In this document: positions 39,247 to 51,000 of the stretch, piece after piece
How the letters are laid out: every line of letters begins with the position of its first letter
Position numbering within the stretch: the first letter of the stretch is position 1
From: Leptogorgia sarmentosa
Lineage: Eukaryota
Direction of reading: 5' to 3'
DNA length: 64,000 nt
Assembly: GCA_964658305.1 (NCBI GenBank)
Contig: OZ210885.1
Location: 19,096,001 to 19,160,000 of the forward strand
Program-made: the position numbers and the translations under genes
Notes under the pieces: model-generated
What the model was told of the DNA's origin: nothing
Databases searched by the model: none
Seen by the model: only the letters and a program-made list of their open reading frames with translations

Positions 39247-40099
39247 TCCTGTCACACAGAGAACTTTAAAAACACCATCCAATCAGAAAACAGAGTCAGA
39301 ATTTGACCCTAATTTAAACTGATTGGCACAGTGCAATCAAACAATTTCCTCTTTCAACCAGAGGTTTATTTTTCCCTTTGCCATTTGCCCCGAAAATAAG
39401 GAAAATAAACCTCTGGAACCAGGGTAACAAAACTCTAGCCTTTGTTCATTTACAAACATAGCAAACCAGGAAATTGTTAGATTTTGGTTATTTTGTCATA
39501 TTTGATATGTTTCGGTTTTCAATAATGTAAACAAAGTGTCTAAAAAATTATAGTATGGTCCAGGGTGCATTCCATGTAGGTTTTGCGGAAGATCTTCGGC
39601 GCAAGGTTTGGATTGCTGGCGCACAAACACGTTGAGGCTGGCGCACAATTTTCGAATTTCAGTGGTTGGCGCAGCATCGCATATGTCCTTCAAAAATTTT
39701 TACTGCAGTAGTAGCTGAATGTGGTTATAAGTCGCTAATGTGTAAAATTTGTTGAAAGTTCAAAACAGTGTCAAATAGATGACTCAAGTATAAATTTAGA
39801 TTTTTGGCACTGATCTCAAAAGTAACACGGACGGACTGACACTGTCGGTCCGTGTTATGCACCTATCAATGTAAATCCCGCGGGGGGGCGGTGCGGGCAA
39901 AGGGTGGGGATTTGACAAAAAAATGAAATTTTAGGTCAAATTCCCGCGGGCTGGGAGATGGACATAGATCAAATGTGTCAAAAATCCCCATATGGGGGAC
40001 AGATTAAATTTAAATTCTAATAACAAAATACTTCTGAAAATATGAACAAGAGTATATATTAAAATGTATTAACAAGAACGTCTCAAATGTGTTTTGAAT

Positions 40100-40660
40100 A
40101 ATTGACCATAACGAAAAAGATGGCGGATGTACATTTTACCAGAATACACTGCGGTCAGAAATCGTTCAGAAAAGCGAATGGACGTCTTTTGAAGGCCAGG
40201 CGTAAGGCAGGAGGTTAATTCCTTCGTTGTGCTAAAGCTACATTTACACACAGCGATTTGTCGGGCTGATTTTGGTAAACAATTGGTGCCTTTTTTCGAC
40301 ATATTGCGATTTAAACCGTTCAATTAAAGCCGAACCCTCTCTCGTCTGTTTATATTATAGGTTTCTGCGTACAAAAAGTTTTCAACAATTTTACAACGGA
40401 AGAAAAATTGTTGAATCGTGAGAAAAATCTGTAGTTTTCTACAGATTTTTCTTCCGATTTTGTGAATCAGGTCACAAGCATTAACGATAGGTTAATTACA
40501 TAGGGCGAGCAAAATCGGGCCGACAAATCGCTGTGTGTAAACGTAGCTTAACATTTCTCATCATTAGGTTATTTCGTGTCATTTTTATTTAGTCATTTAC
40601 TGTTGATGCAATCATTCTGGTAAAATGTACATGCCGCCATCTCTTGTATTATGGTCAATT
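40100..40660. repeat. Inverted-repeat MITE in the 3' region of the Zator-like element
   Basis: AATTGACCATAA..AGATGGCGG.ATGTACATTTTACCAGAAT at 40100-40145 is inverted at 40616-40660. Confidence 0.7.
40236..40548. mobile_element. PIF/Harbinger-type MITE
   Basis: TIR AGCTAC(A/G)TTTACACACAGCGATTTGTCGG; TAA TSD on both sides. Confidence 0.85.
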
Positions 40661-40885
40661 GACTTTGCCAGCTTTCAACACAGTTTGGGCAAAGCCATAT
40701 ACGTGCATCATCAGAGGTGATACCAACAAACACAACTGTCACAACATTTCCAATCCACTTCTTAATTTGCTTTCTACTTCTGGGGACTCATCCATGTTAA
40801 ATGTACTTATTCTACAACAATTATATAATAACAAGAACATCTCAAATTAAATAATTAACTTTGCTTAACTTTGTGCTTTGAATAA

Positions 40886-43800
40886 TTAACTTTGCCAGCT
40901 TTCAACACAGTTTGGGCAAAGCCATTGTCTGCAAATATGTGCATCATCAGAGGTGATCCCGACACAAGGCATATGATGCCAACCAACGCAACTGTCACAA
41001 CATATCCAATCCACTTCTTCGCCTTCTACTTCTGGGGGCTCATCCATTTTGCATGTACTACAACGACTTTCCAATGACTGCTTTCCTTTGTTTTTATCCT
41101 GGTTCTTTCGCTTCGTTGGTTGCTTCCTGCCACGTTTTTCCTCTTGTCGTTTTCCACTTTTTGCTCTTCTTGTCTCGGCAGCCTTTGCCACACCTCTCTT
41201 ACGATTCTCAGCAACGGTTTTCAGATGGTCAAACCACATTTTGGTTTCATCATACGGCAACAAGACTTTTTCAGAAACTTCTAGGATTCTGTTCTCATCA
41301 GGTACATCAAGATGGCAATTGAACTCATTTAAGATGACTTGGGATGGTGGTTCCAGTTGAATATCCTTACCTTGTGAAACCTGTTGCCATAGGTCGTCAA
41401 CCTTGTAATAATGGCCTGAACACTTTTCTTTGCAATCTTTACACTCACTCCAATCATAACGCCTCTTCGGATCTGGGGCAGGAAGTGGTAAGAATGACAG
41501 AGGAGGACCATTTGGATACCACCTGGGTTCTTCAGCGGGTGCACCTTGTTGGCAAAGTGGATGGATACAGTTCGGTTGGTAACAACAAGTGAGACAAAAG
41601 ATGTACTTGGCAGGGACGTTTTTCTTTAAATGTCTCTTTCGCAAATCCCAGATGCGCTTTACTTTGCTATATTCGTTTGGGTGGTCTTCCTTCAATTTTT
41701 CTTTCTGAGCAAGAGTCCCTTTCAAGTATGTAATCACAAAGCCATTCTCATTCTGATAGTTCGTACTATCCGCTCCCCGAAAAAGGTTAATTTCTGTTCC
41801 AGCGCAAGGTGCCTTGTCAACTCTTGATAAGTAGACCTCGATTGCGGAGCTCAGGTTCTCACGAAGCACCTCTTCGTTAATCTTTCCACCACTACTCAAG
41901 CAAGACCCATTTAGCGTTGAAGGAATGAACAAGTTTGCGTGAGCAAGAGCCAAGCATCCATTTTGTAACTCCACTCTATTCCTATAACTGGCCCCACTAT
42001 TCCTTGAGGTAACCAGAAGCATTCGGCTTTTAGTATTCAAATGCCTGACAGTCCACCAATACTGGACTTCGATGTGCGATGGCCCTTCGTCGTAACTCCC
42101 ATCGACTCTGACACACTCGACTTCCTTTCGTTTTCCGGTAAAAGGGTTAATAAATGCCGCTCTTACTTCTTCCTTTTTTTCAAGCATTTCGAGGTCGCCA
42201 AAATGCTGGGCAGCGTTTTTCCCAAAAAGTAATGGGGCTTTTACAATTCCTGCGCAAATCTCGCTGGTTTTCTTGGTCCCCGAAAAGTTATATGAAGTTG
42301 TTTGAAGATTCGATGGGTATTTGTTGACATAGTCCGTTCTGGTTGTAATGTGTTCACTTCCCTTCACGCAAAGGGTGGCATGTAATTTGTGCGTCGCCAT
42401 GGTGTCGAGCCTAAAACCAGCTTGATCGTCCCTTCCAATATTAACAATATTAGAACCATCTTCGTACTGGAGTTTGTCAAGACCAGCATATAGTGATGAA
42501 CTCCAGTGCTGATCCGGATTGTAGCGAACATTAAACCCTTTTCTTGCTCTCTTAGAAACAACCTTTGCCAACCCATGGTATCGTGCAGCAGACCGTCTCC
42601 TTTTGTTTCGTGCACAACACAACTGAACTACAGACCCATATGAAATGGTACGACCATATTTTTCCTCTAAATGTTCTTTAATTCTTCGAAATGTTGTTTT
42701 TTTCTTTGTTTTTCGGTTGCCATCAAAAGTTAATATACCGGTACGTCTCCAAGCATCCGCTCCTGCACCACATTGTCTCACAAAATCCTCGATTTCCTTT
42801 CCTATACCGGGGCAATCCGAAATAATTTTTCCTACTTTCTTACTTCGCCTTCGTTTCAAAAAACGTGATTCTGCTAACCGTTTCTTTATTTGTCGCACAC
42901 ATTTGCGTCGAATAGAAGACCTTCTTTTTAAAATTAGCAGTTTTCCTTGCTCATCCATTGGACTTTTAATTCCTTTAGCCCATATTTCTGCTTCACTAGA
43001 TGCAGAGTCAGAAGTATCTGCATAAATGTCAGTGGTGTCATCAGAATCAATCTGGTCATCATTATGTTTATGTTCCGTGGAGAGGAAGGCTTGTCTCGAT
43101 TGTTCAATAAGCTCTATTTCTTGCACTGAAAATCCCAACGATGGTAGTTGCCTAATGAAATCCAGAAGTTTATCATACCCTTTATGGGAATTATTAGTTG
43201 GCAGATTCATCTCTCTTTCAAAGTAGAACCAGTTTAAATCGCATTTGCGAAGCACGTCGGAAAGTTCTTGTAAATTCGTATGTAATAAATCTGCGTCCCA
43301 ATTCTGTTGGTACGGCACTCCAACGCGAACAGAATCTGAATCCAGCGAGTAATGCCGTCTTTTTTGTTCTGCAATGTCAAATTCTGGTGTTTGGTTAGAC
43401 TGCAGACGTCCTGTAAAATCCGTATTGTCTGTGTCTGTCTCGCTGGTACTATCTTCGCTTTCACTTGTCTCAAATATTCCAAACGATTGCAGCAAAATCT
43501 TGTCTTTAACGTGAGCAATATTTTCAATAGCATCCTTGATCGCACAGGCTTCCTCCATTGCTTGCTCAACTTTTGTTTTCCTGTCACTCATGTCACAAAA
43601 ACCGTAAAGTGTTTTTGCCTTGGAATTTGAAATACCAGATGACTTTACCACAGCATACTTCAGACGTTCTCGCTCACTTTCCGATTCGGCCAAATTCAAA
43701 AGTTTCTTAACTTCATCCTTCGATAATTCTTGATGCTTTGTTTTGTTGGTGTTTATTTCTGATATTAATGCCTGGATGACATTTAGGTTTTCTGATTTGA

Positions 43801-44149
43801 ATTTTTTCATCACGTACAAGCGAAATGTCCCTTCTTTAAGCGAACCCACTCCGACAACTGCTAGAGGCATTTGTAACAATTTTCTACGAGCTTGAAAAGA
43901 CTTGTACTTGACATGTGGACTACACAACTTGAAAGCATCTGAAAGCTTTAGAATTCCTTTTTCTATAATTTCCTTTCCTACTTTGATCATCCCCTCACAT
44001 TCTGTACATGGTTTCTTGTGACGATGCGCGCAAACAATTGACCTGGCATGCAAATATTCAGGAAGTGTCAAACCTTCAAATTTTGAAACGTATATGTTTT
44101 CTTTAAGCAAATCATTAGTTGATAAACAATGTAATTTCTGTTGTTCCAT
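40886..44149 (-). CDS. Zator/TP36-like DDE transposase with C-terminal PHD finger, 1087 aa, uninterrupted
   Basis: Candidate triad GRDDQAG / RVDGSYDEGP / SGASYRNRVE resembles Zator DDKA / DGGPDENP / PGxSAxNxVE. Cys-rich region, then C4HC3 PHD CSTC...WICCDSCVGWHHMPC...WLCPNC. Confidence 0.8.
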   Translation of the reverse strand: MEQQKLHCLSTNDLLKENIYVSKFEGLTLPEYLHARSIVCAHRHKKPCTECEGMIKVGKEIIEKGILKLSDAFKLCSPHVKYKSFQARRKLLQMPLAVVGVGSLKEGTFRLYVMKKFKSENLNVIQALISEINTNKTKHQELSKDEVKKLLNLAESESERERLKYAVVKSSGISNSKAKTLYGFCDMSDRKTKVEQAMEEACAIKDAIENIAHVKDKILLQSFGIFETSESEDSTSETDTDNTDFTGRLQSNQTPEFDIAEQKRRHYSLDSDSVRVGVPYQQNWDADLLHTNLQELSDVLRKCDLNWFYFEREMNLPTNNSHKGYDKLLDFIRQLPSLGFSVQEIELIEQSRQAFLSTEHKHNDDQIDSDDTTDIYADTSDSASSEAEIWAKGIKSPMDEQGKLLILKRRSSIRRKCVRQIKKRLAESRFLKRRRSKKVGKIISDCPGIGKEIEDFVRQCGAGADAWRRTGILTFDGNRKTKKKTTFRRIKEHLEEKYGRTISYGSVVQLCCARNKRRRSAARYHGLAKVVSKRARKGFNVRYNPDQHWSSSLYAGLDKLQYEDGSNIVNIGRDDQAGFRLDTMATHKLHATLCVKGSEHITTRTDYVNKYPSNLQTTSYNFSGTKKTSEICAGIVKAPLLFGKNAAQHFGDLEMLEKKEEVRAAFINPFTGKRKEVECVRVDGSYDEGPSHIEVQYWWTVRHLNTKSRMLLVTSRNSGASYRNRVELQNGCLALAHANLFIPSTLNGSCLSSGGKINEEVLRENLSSAIEVYLSRVDKAPCAGTEINLFRGADSTNYQNENGFVITYLKGTLAQKEKLKEDHPNEYSKVKRIWDLRKRHLKKNVPAKYIFCLTCCYQPNCIHPLCQQGAPAEEPRWYPNGPPLSFLPLPAPDPKRRYDWSECKDCKEKCSGHYYKVDDLWQQVSQGKDIQLEPPSQVILNEFNCHLDVPDENRILEVSEKVLLPYDETKMWFDHLKTVAENRKRGVAKAAETRRAKSGKRQEEKRGRKQPTKRKNQDKNKGKQSLESRCSTCKMDEPPEVEGEEVDWICCDSCVGWHHMPCVGITSDDAHICRQWLCPNCVESWQS

Positions 44150-44169
44150 GTAAATGTTGATTATTTCGG

Positions 44170-44206
44170 GATCCCCTCTTCCTGAAGAAGAGGGGATCTC
44201 TAAAAA
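44170..44206 (-). promoter_or_regulatory. U-run/stop plus 12-bp stem-loop between the two Zator-like genes; candidate recoding or splice signal
   Basis: The minus strand reads GCTTTTTAG A GATCCCCTCTTC TTCAG GAAGAGGGGATC. The -1 frame is open into the transposase ATG. Confidence 0.55.
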
Positions 44207-46866
44207 GCCTGGCTTGAAGTAAGAGGGCTTGAGGGAGGAGACTCAGGAGAGATTATCAGAGTATCGCCGCTGGAATTTGATTCAAGATCTACTTGGTCTG
44301 GACGGACTACTGTGTCATTACCAGGATTATCAACGTTCATGTCAGGAGTCTGTATTAACATGGTACTTTCACTGGAATACGACTCACAGCTTACTTTCTC
44401 GGCAGGAATTAATGTGGCTTCACTTGAAACATGATCAGCTCTCGTATGTAAACCTACATCCAAATTAATAATTCCACCAGTTGACGATTTTGGTGGTTGA
44501 CCAGCACTTGATGTTAGTGTAGATTCGTTGCCTTGCTTTGGGATGCATTGCTTGAAAAGACTTGCAACATCTGACGCTTCTTTGACCTTTTTCTGAGGTG
44601 CACTGTCCGCCTTTTTGGTCTGCTTGCGTTTACCATACCACGTCGACTTTGATTCTTTTTTTTGGAAAGCCGCTAATAGCTTCTCATTTTCACGTTTTTC
44701 ACGCATAAGGACTCTTATACTATTTGACAATTCATCACACAGCTTGAAATCTTTCACTAATTTGGCTTTCTCTATTCTTGATTGCTTGATCTTGAGATGT
44801 TCTTCAATTTTACTGAGAAGGCTTTCGAGGTGTGATATCTCTCTTTGCCTTTCATCTTTGTCTACCTTTGCTCTTTTATTGCCTTCATCACTACTATTTT
44901 CACTGCTACTGGCACAACTTTTGGACCTGGAATATCCTTTCTTGAATAGGTAACCACTTTCTCGCACATGTTGTTTTGCTTTTGCGTACAGCTCGCCTAA
45001 ATGAGAAATAAAGTCAACATAATATATCTGATTTATTCCATATTTTAATCAATTCATTATGTGTTCAATGTGTTACAGCAATAGAGTGTAAATACTGAGC
45101 TTGTACCTATTGTATATCGTTGAAACGCCAAGGTATAAAGCTAGTATAAATGCTTCATGCAAATTACCAAATTTTGTGCTGACTTATAAAACTGATATCA
45201 AGTGTCTCATGACTTACCTCTCTGCAACAAAAGAGATGGTTCCTTCATCACTAAGTTTACTGATGCGTCATTAACAGCAATCTCATATTCATTCTTCGGA
45301 AGGTTATATATTTTAGCCTTCTCTTTTACTTTCAATTCCTCTCCAGTTTCAGTACTACCAGCTATTTCCTACAACGAAATATGACACTATCCATTATTTA
45401 ATAATTGTAGTCTCAAATTGTACACCATGTATGGTAAATCAATGACTATAAAACCTTTTTAGTGGTAATAACTTTTTTCATTGTTTTATTTGAAAGAGCA
45501 TGAAAAAATAAGCCGATTGGCCGTTTACTGTAATACATTTTAGTTGCAAAGTTGTTGACTTAGCACAACTTGTGACTTGTGACGTCACAAGTTGGATAAG
45601 TAGGTTTATTGCATTCAAAACTGAGCATAAGTCAGTTATTATATAATACTCAAAGTCCATGACGTTTTGCATACAGATACAACATGACGGGACGCATTGA
45701 AAAACGTTTCTGGTTTTTCTTGCCAAGATAACACTGTCATTCCCAGGCCCCTTATGGAATTTCTTAAAGGTGATATATTTATCCACGTGTGCATTTTTTC
45801 GAATTATTTTTTACTCAGTAAACCTTAGACATCTGTAGGTATCCATAGTAGACCCACTTCAGATATTATGTTATTCAAATCAATATCCAGTATACGGCGG
45901 TTTTATAGAAATCGTACGAGGGTCCTGGGAACGACAGTGTTACCTTGGCAACAAGACTTGAAATGTCTCAGCTCGTCATGTTGTACCTGTATGCAAAATG
46001 TCATTGAGTTTGAGGTAATAATAACTGACTTATGCTCACTTTTGTATGCAATAAACATACTTAACACAAGTTGTGCTGAGTCAGCAATTCATATTTTGCA
46101 AATAACTAAACTAAAAGACATAGTGTAAAAGTAAACAGTCAATCGTCTTATTTTTTGTGCTCTTTCAAATAAAACAATAAAAAAAATTTAGTTCCAATGT
46201 CATTTAATTAAAAACCTAATTCAACTATCAAACCAGCTACTACAGTATACAAATATTTTAATAGTAACATATAAGCAAAAATGACAAATTTACCTGTTCA
46301 TTTGGGCACCTTAAATCAAGAGTGCCTGTTTCAAAGGTTAACCTCTTCTGCTTATGATCATTGACATGGGTTGGGTTTGCAACTTTGTTTACTCTGACAG
46401 CCTCAAATCCATCAGCCAACAAAAAACATGTGTTGTTTGGGAAAGCACTAAAAACATCTTCATCATCAATAACAGATTCATCTTCTAACATAACTTTCAC
46501 GTTTTCTGCTTCACATTTGAGAGATAGCTTTGCTTTTCCTATTTATATAGTAAAACAAGCAAACAATATAAAATAAAAAAACTTTACCATCAAAACAAAT
46601 CCTTGACCTTACTTATTATATACATGTAGCTATCATTGAATATTCAGTTGAATGTTCTGCTTTAATATTTAATAAAAACAACGAATACATGTAATCAATG
46701 ATGCTGATGTTGCAATGGAAACTAATAATATCAATATCTATAAAACTATTCAAACAAAATGTACATATTTAATAATACCTTTAACTTTTAATTCCTCTAG
46801 CGTACTTGCAGTAATGCAGAATTTTTGATTATTCACACTCTTAACTTTAAAAATTTTGGAAGCCAT
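44200..46866 (-). CDS. Four-exon accessory gene, 426 aa: CIDE-N-like domain, NAB NCD2-like segment, coiled coil, Ser/Pro-rich tail
   Basis: Exons 46866-46779, 46538-46294, 45368-45218 and 44996-44200 all have GT-AG junctions with consistent phases (1,0,1) and total 1281 nt with no internal stop. Confidence 0.8.
45480..46178. repeat. Diverged foldback element in intron 2 of the accessory gene
   Basis: ATTGTTTTATTTGAAAGAGCA, AGCACAACTTGTG, TGAGCATAAGTCAGTTATTA and CAACATGACG recur as reverse complements at 45920-46178. Confidence 0.8.
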
Positions 46867-48021
46867 GAGACAATTTTACTATTAAAAAATATAGCGAAAA
46901 GAAAAATGTTCTGTGAATATCTTGATGCAAATATAGGCAATTTATTACTGACATTATCTATTCCATAAATATACATATTTCAATACACAAATGTCAATAC
47001 AAAAGGACGAATTTTCAGAAAACTTAATTACAGCTTTAAGAACTAAATAGATACACCGAATCGTAAGATGTAATTGGATTTTTTAACTCACCTATTCAAT
47101 CCAAAGTTGAAGATTTTCAACAAACAACGTCAAAGGTCTAACGACATTTAATACGACAACGTGCGAAAATCCAATATGACTTCCGCTTGCGCCTACTGTA
47201 AGGTTGTCCAGCTGACCACAAAATTTCGAATTCCGGTCAAACTTCCCCACCCCCGGAGCCATATTGTTGTTCAAATTCCCGAGGGACGGGAACAGTACTG
47301 AAGTCAAACCCCCACCCCTTGCCCGCACCGCCCCCCCGCGGGATTTACATTGATAGGTGCATTACTTTGAGATCAGTGCCCAAAATCTAAATTTATACTT
47401 GGCCCTTGGGTCACCTATTTTCACCTGTAAACAAAAAAAAGTGCTGTAAATTAATGAAAACTAAATGCAGCACTTGTTCCAAAGCAGCAAAAACGTTTTT
47501 CCATACAAAAAAAGAAGCTAAAAGCGTTATACATTACGCATAATACACGCATCCAAGATGATTACATAATCAGACCATTAAAGTCCGAAATCGGATGACT
47601 GACCGGCAACAGTGGTAAGTCTTAGTGTCATACGAAATTACGAATCATAAAAGTCTAATAATAATTTGATAAATGCGAAATCTATTTTTGCTTTTTGCTA
47701 TCCTGCTCAACAATAGAGTTTGAGTATAGTGATGTAACAGTGGATGTAGGATATATGTAAACAAAAACAACCTTGTGGCTTTTCCTCTAGCCCTCGATTA
47801 GTTGAAGTGCATACATAGTTGATAACCAAATTGTTTCCAGTTTGGGAGTACTTACTACTAAGACAGACCACTGAGAAGTGCTTCTGAGAATCCGGGGTAA
47901 ATTGACGGGCTATCTCAAGCTCAAACAGATTGCATAAGGTCATAACAACCAATTGTTTTTTCTGACAACTATTTATACTTCGTATGTGTTACAATTCATT
48001 CTGGTTTAACAGTTTTTAGCC

Positions 48022-51000
48022 ATGGAGCACATTTGTGCTGTTTGTTCGGAAGAGATAGGCATTGCGCATACATGCAGCACCTGTAACAAGTTTGTCCACA
48101 TCATTTGTGGTATCCCAGAAGGAGAAGAAGGCTTTGGTCAAAAAGTGAAATGCAACAACTGCGTTCAAAAAGGTATGGTGGCAACGTCAATTCTGTAGTA
48201 TTAACTAATATTCATCTATTTAACATAAAACCAGGTTGACGCTATTATTATTCAAAACTACATATTATATTCACAGCTACAATTGAGAGAGATCAACCAT
48301 CACATCCGTCGGCGAAAATTGCAAAAGCACCATTAAAAAGAAAGTTAAGTTCGGATTGGAAAAAAGGAGATGTCGTTGAGCACCCTGTTCCAGAGAAAAT
48401 CAGGAAGATAAACGAAAATTATGTTTGCCTGGAATGCTTTGAGAGATCGTTTGATGGAAAATTTGAGGGTAAAAATGCAAGTATTTGCAGAATAAATCCA
48501 TCTACCATCAATCGGCATAAAACCAGATGGCACACCAACGCCAACAACCAGTCCTGTACTGTAGTTCCTTCTAGTGCTCCCGATGTCCGAAAGTTGTATG
48601 CAAGATACGGTAAAGCGGTCGTTCCGAAGGATAGAAATAGACCTCAAGCGACCACAAGTTCTTGTCAGTCAACCAGCCAAAAAACGTTGCTGTCCTTCTG
48701 TAAAACCACTAGAGATCCGAATGAACCAACTAACCAAGGAATTAATAAAAATTTCAAGAAAATGACAGCGATAGCAAAAGCCAGCAGTGATTCATCTGAG
48801 TCAAATAACAAAGGATTCGAAGGAACTACTCGAGTTCTGAAGATGTAACGAAAACCAACATAGATTCAACTGGATCAAAGAGCCAAGCAAATATCGACGA
48901 CGTAATGAAAGCCATATCTAGCTTGTCTTTAAAGGTCGAAGACTTTGGTAAACGACACTCAAGTTTGGAACAACTCGTGGCAGAAGATAATGACGTCCTA
49001 AAGTCCCTAACGGCAATGCGAACTGCAAGCAATATCCATCAGTTGGCTGAGGCATCCGAATACCTGGAATTTTTTTATAATCAAGAATCGGACACTGCAT
49101 TGTTGCGTTGCAACCCTTGCTTTAAGATGCAAATAACGGCCAGGCCTACACTTAAGAACTTATCCCCGTTCCAAGCCCAAAGAATCATCAATTCTTGTGG
49201 AAGTGGGACACTTGGCACCGGAAAAATCTTCAGCAAGGACGTCACTCGACTTCTGGTGGAGGGACACAACCAAATCTGGTACAGGCAGAAGAAGTTGTGT
49301 ATTGACCACATGTGTTTACTGGGCGACGGTAGCAAATTACACAAGAAGGCTATGGAAGCTTTTAGAAAAGAAGAAGAAAGGGAGAAAAGAAGATCAACCG
49401 CGACAAGCAACATATTCCGAGCGGCAATTGTTGATTTGAAGCTAGGTGCAGCAGCCAGACATTTCGAGACTCTGATCTCCTTTTTGTCGTGTTGCTCAGT
49501 CGATATTGGAAATATTGGACATGGTCGAAATAATTTCAACGATATTCTTTCCTGCTTGGAGAAGTCAGTGAACCGACGAATCGATTCGTGGTTAAACGAG
49601 CCTCTACCCTCAACGTTACTACCACCGCATTTCTGGGCCACAATCGATAAAGCCACACCATCGCGTACGACGAATCAAGCCGTCCTTGTTGTAGCTCGGA
49701 ACGAGGTTGGAATTCCCTGTCCAATCCCTGTTGCTGCTCCGCAAGTCTATAAAGATTTCGCGCCAGCTACATATGACGCTATGGCAGAACTTATGATCAA
49801 ATCAATTAAGGACAACTTTTCGAAAGATGTTCTCTCAAGGCTTTGTGGCGTAGCGGCCGATGGTCCGTACCAAGCCGCAGGATTCCGGGAAAGTCTTTTA
49901 CAACAGCTGGGAATCGAAGACTCTGACAATGGTCAACTTTCACTTCCTGTGACGTGGGATGCAGCTCATCTTCTTAATCTTGGAGTACTCGAGGTAAAGG
50001 ACCAAAGTCCGAGTAGTGATCATTTCAAAACATTCTTGAAGAGGTGTAATGTTTTTAACAACATTCTTGCAAATGGAAAGGGCTTTGCTTTTCTGCAACT
50101 CGTTGACAAAGACGTAAGAAGACCAGTTGCTTATGCTACGCTAAGATTCGCTAGTTCATCGTACGAACAGTGGATTAAAATTGAAAAAAGCTACAGCGCA
50201 TTGTCGAAGGCGTTCGATAAACTGTATCCAAATCGAGCAGAAGATGAACAGTACCAGTACATGATCGCTGGGTCAGATTTTATTGCTGACCTGTTGTCAT
50301 TCCTCGACATATTAAAGCCAATTGTTGATTTGATGTTGAGAGTCCAGTCGCTCGACATGCCTATTTGGAAACTCAAACTTTGGTGGCCTCAAGTTAAAGC
50401 TAAACTGGAAAAGGCTGCAAACGGCGATGCCAGCTCCTTTCCGCGACTTCAAGAAGTTGGAGCAGCGATTAACCCTGGCGATCATTACCAAGGCGTGGAA
50501 CTTCTTGATGGGTGGTTGGTAAAAAATCAAGGTAGTGGAGAAGGACGCAGAGGAACTCTCAACTGGACGCAGCGAGAAGAAATGGAAATTGAGGAAGACC
50601 GCTTGCGATTAGCAGCTGATCTAATGAACGCTCTTGATAGAAGAGTTCAGCCTATTCTTCACGATCGCTGTTTGTCGACACTACAAGTGTTTGATGCCTC
50701 GGCCCTTGTAGCTCTACACTGCGGAAGATGGTGTTTTGCAAATGGCTGTGCCGGATGGAGAATACGAAACATATGGTGTGGAAGAATGTCGAAAGGTATT
50801 GGCTGTTGTTTCAAAAATGCCCCACATTATCAAATCTGGGATGGATTTTGATCCGCGTTTGGCATTTCGATTCATGGAAAAGATCAAGAAAGCTGTCAAG
50901 ATTGGTATCTGGGATGGACTGTGTTTAGATTGGTTTGCACTTGCTGAAGGCACTACTTCGTTACCAATGAACATTAAGCTGACATCGTTACAGCTTGTCG

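Larger units (their letters stand above)
39858..47361 (-). mobile_element. Zator-like DNA transposon, apparently complete, two genes
   Basis: 59-bp TIRs with 2 mismatches (39858-39916 and 47303-47361) beginning TGCACCTATCAATG. The 3-bp TSD TTA is fixed by the empty-site sequence preserved in the other arm of the host palindrome. Confidence 0.88.
39775..47420. mobile_element. Small palindromic MITE split by the Zator-like insertion (39775-39857 + 47365-47420)
   Basis: Arm CAAGTATAAATTTAGATTTTTGGCACTGATCTCAAAAGTAACACGGAC pairs with GTCCGTGTTA|CTTTGAGATCAGTGCCCAAAATCTAAATTTATACTTG. Confidence 0.85.
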
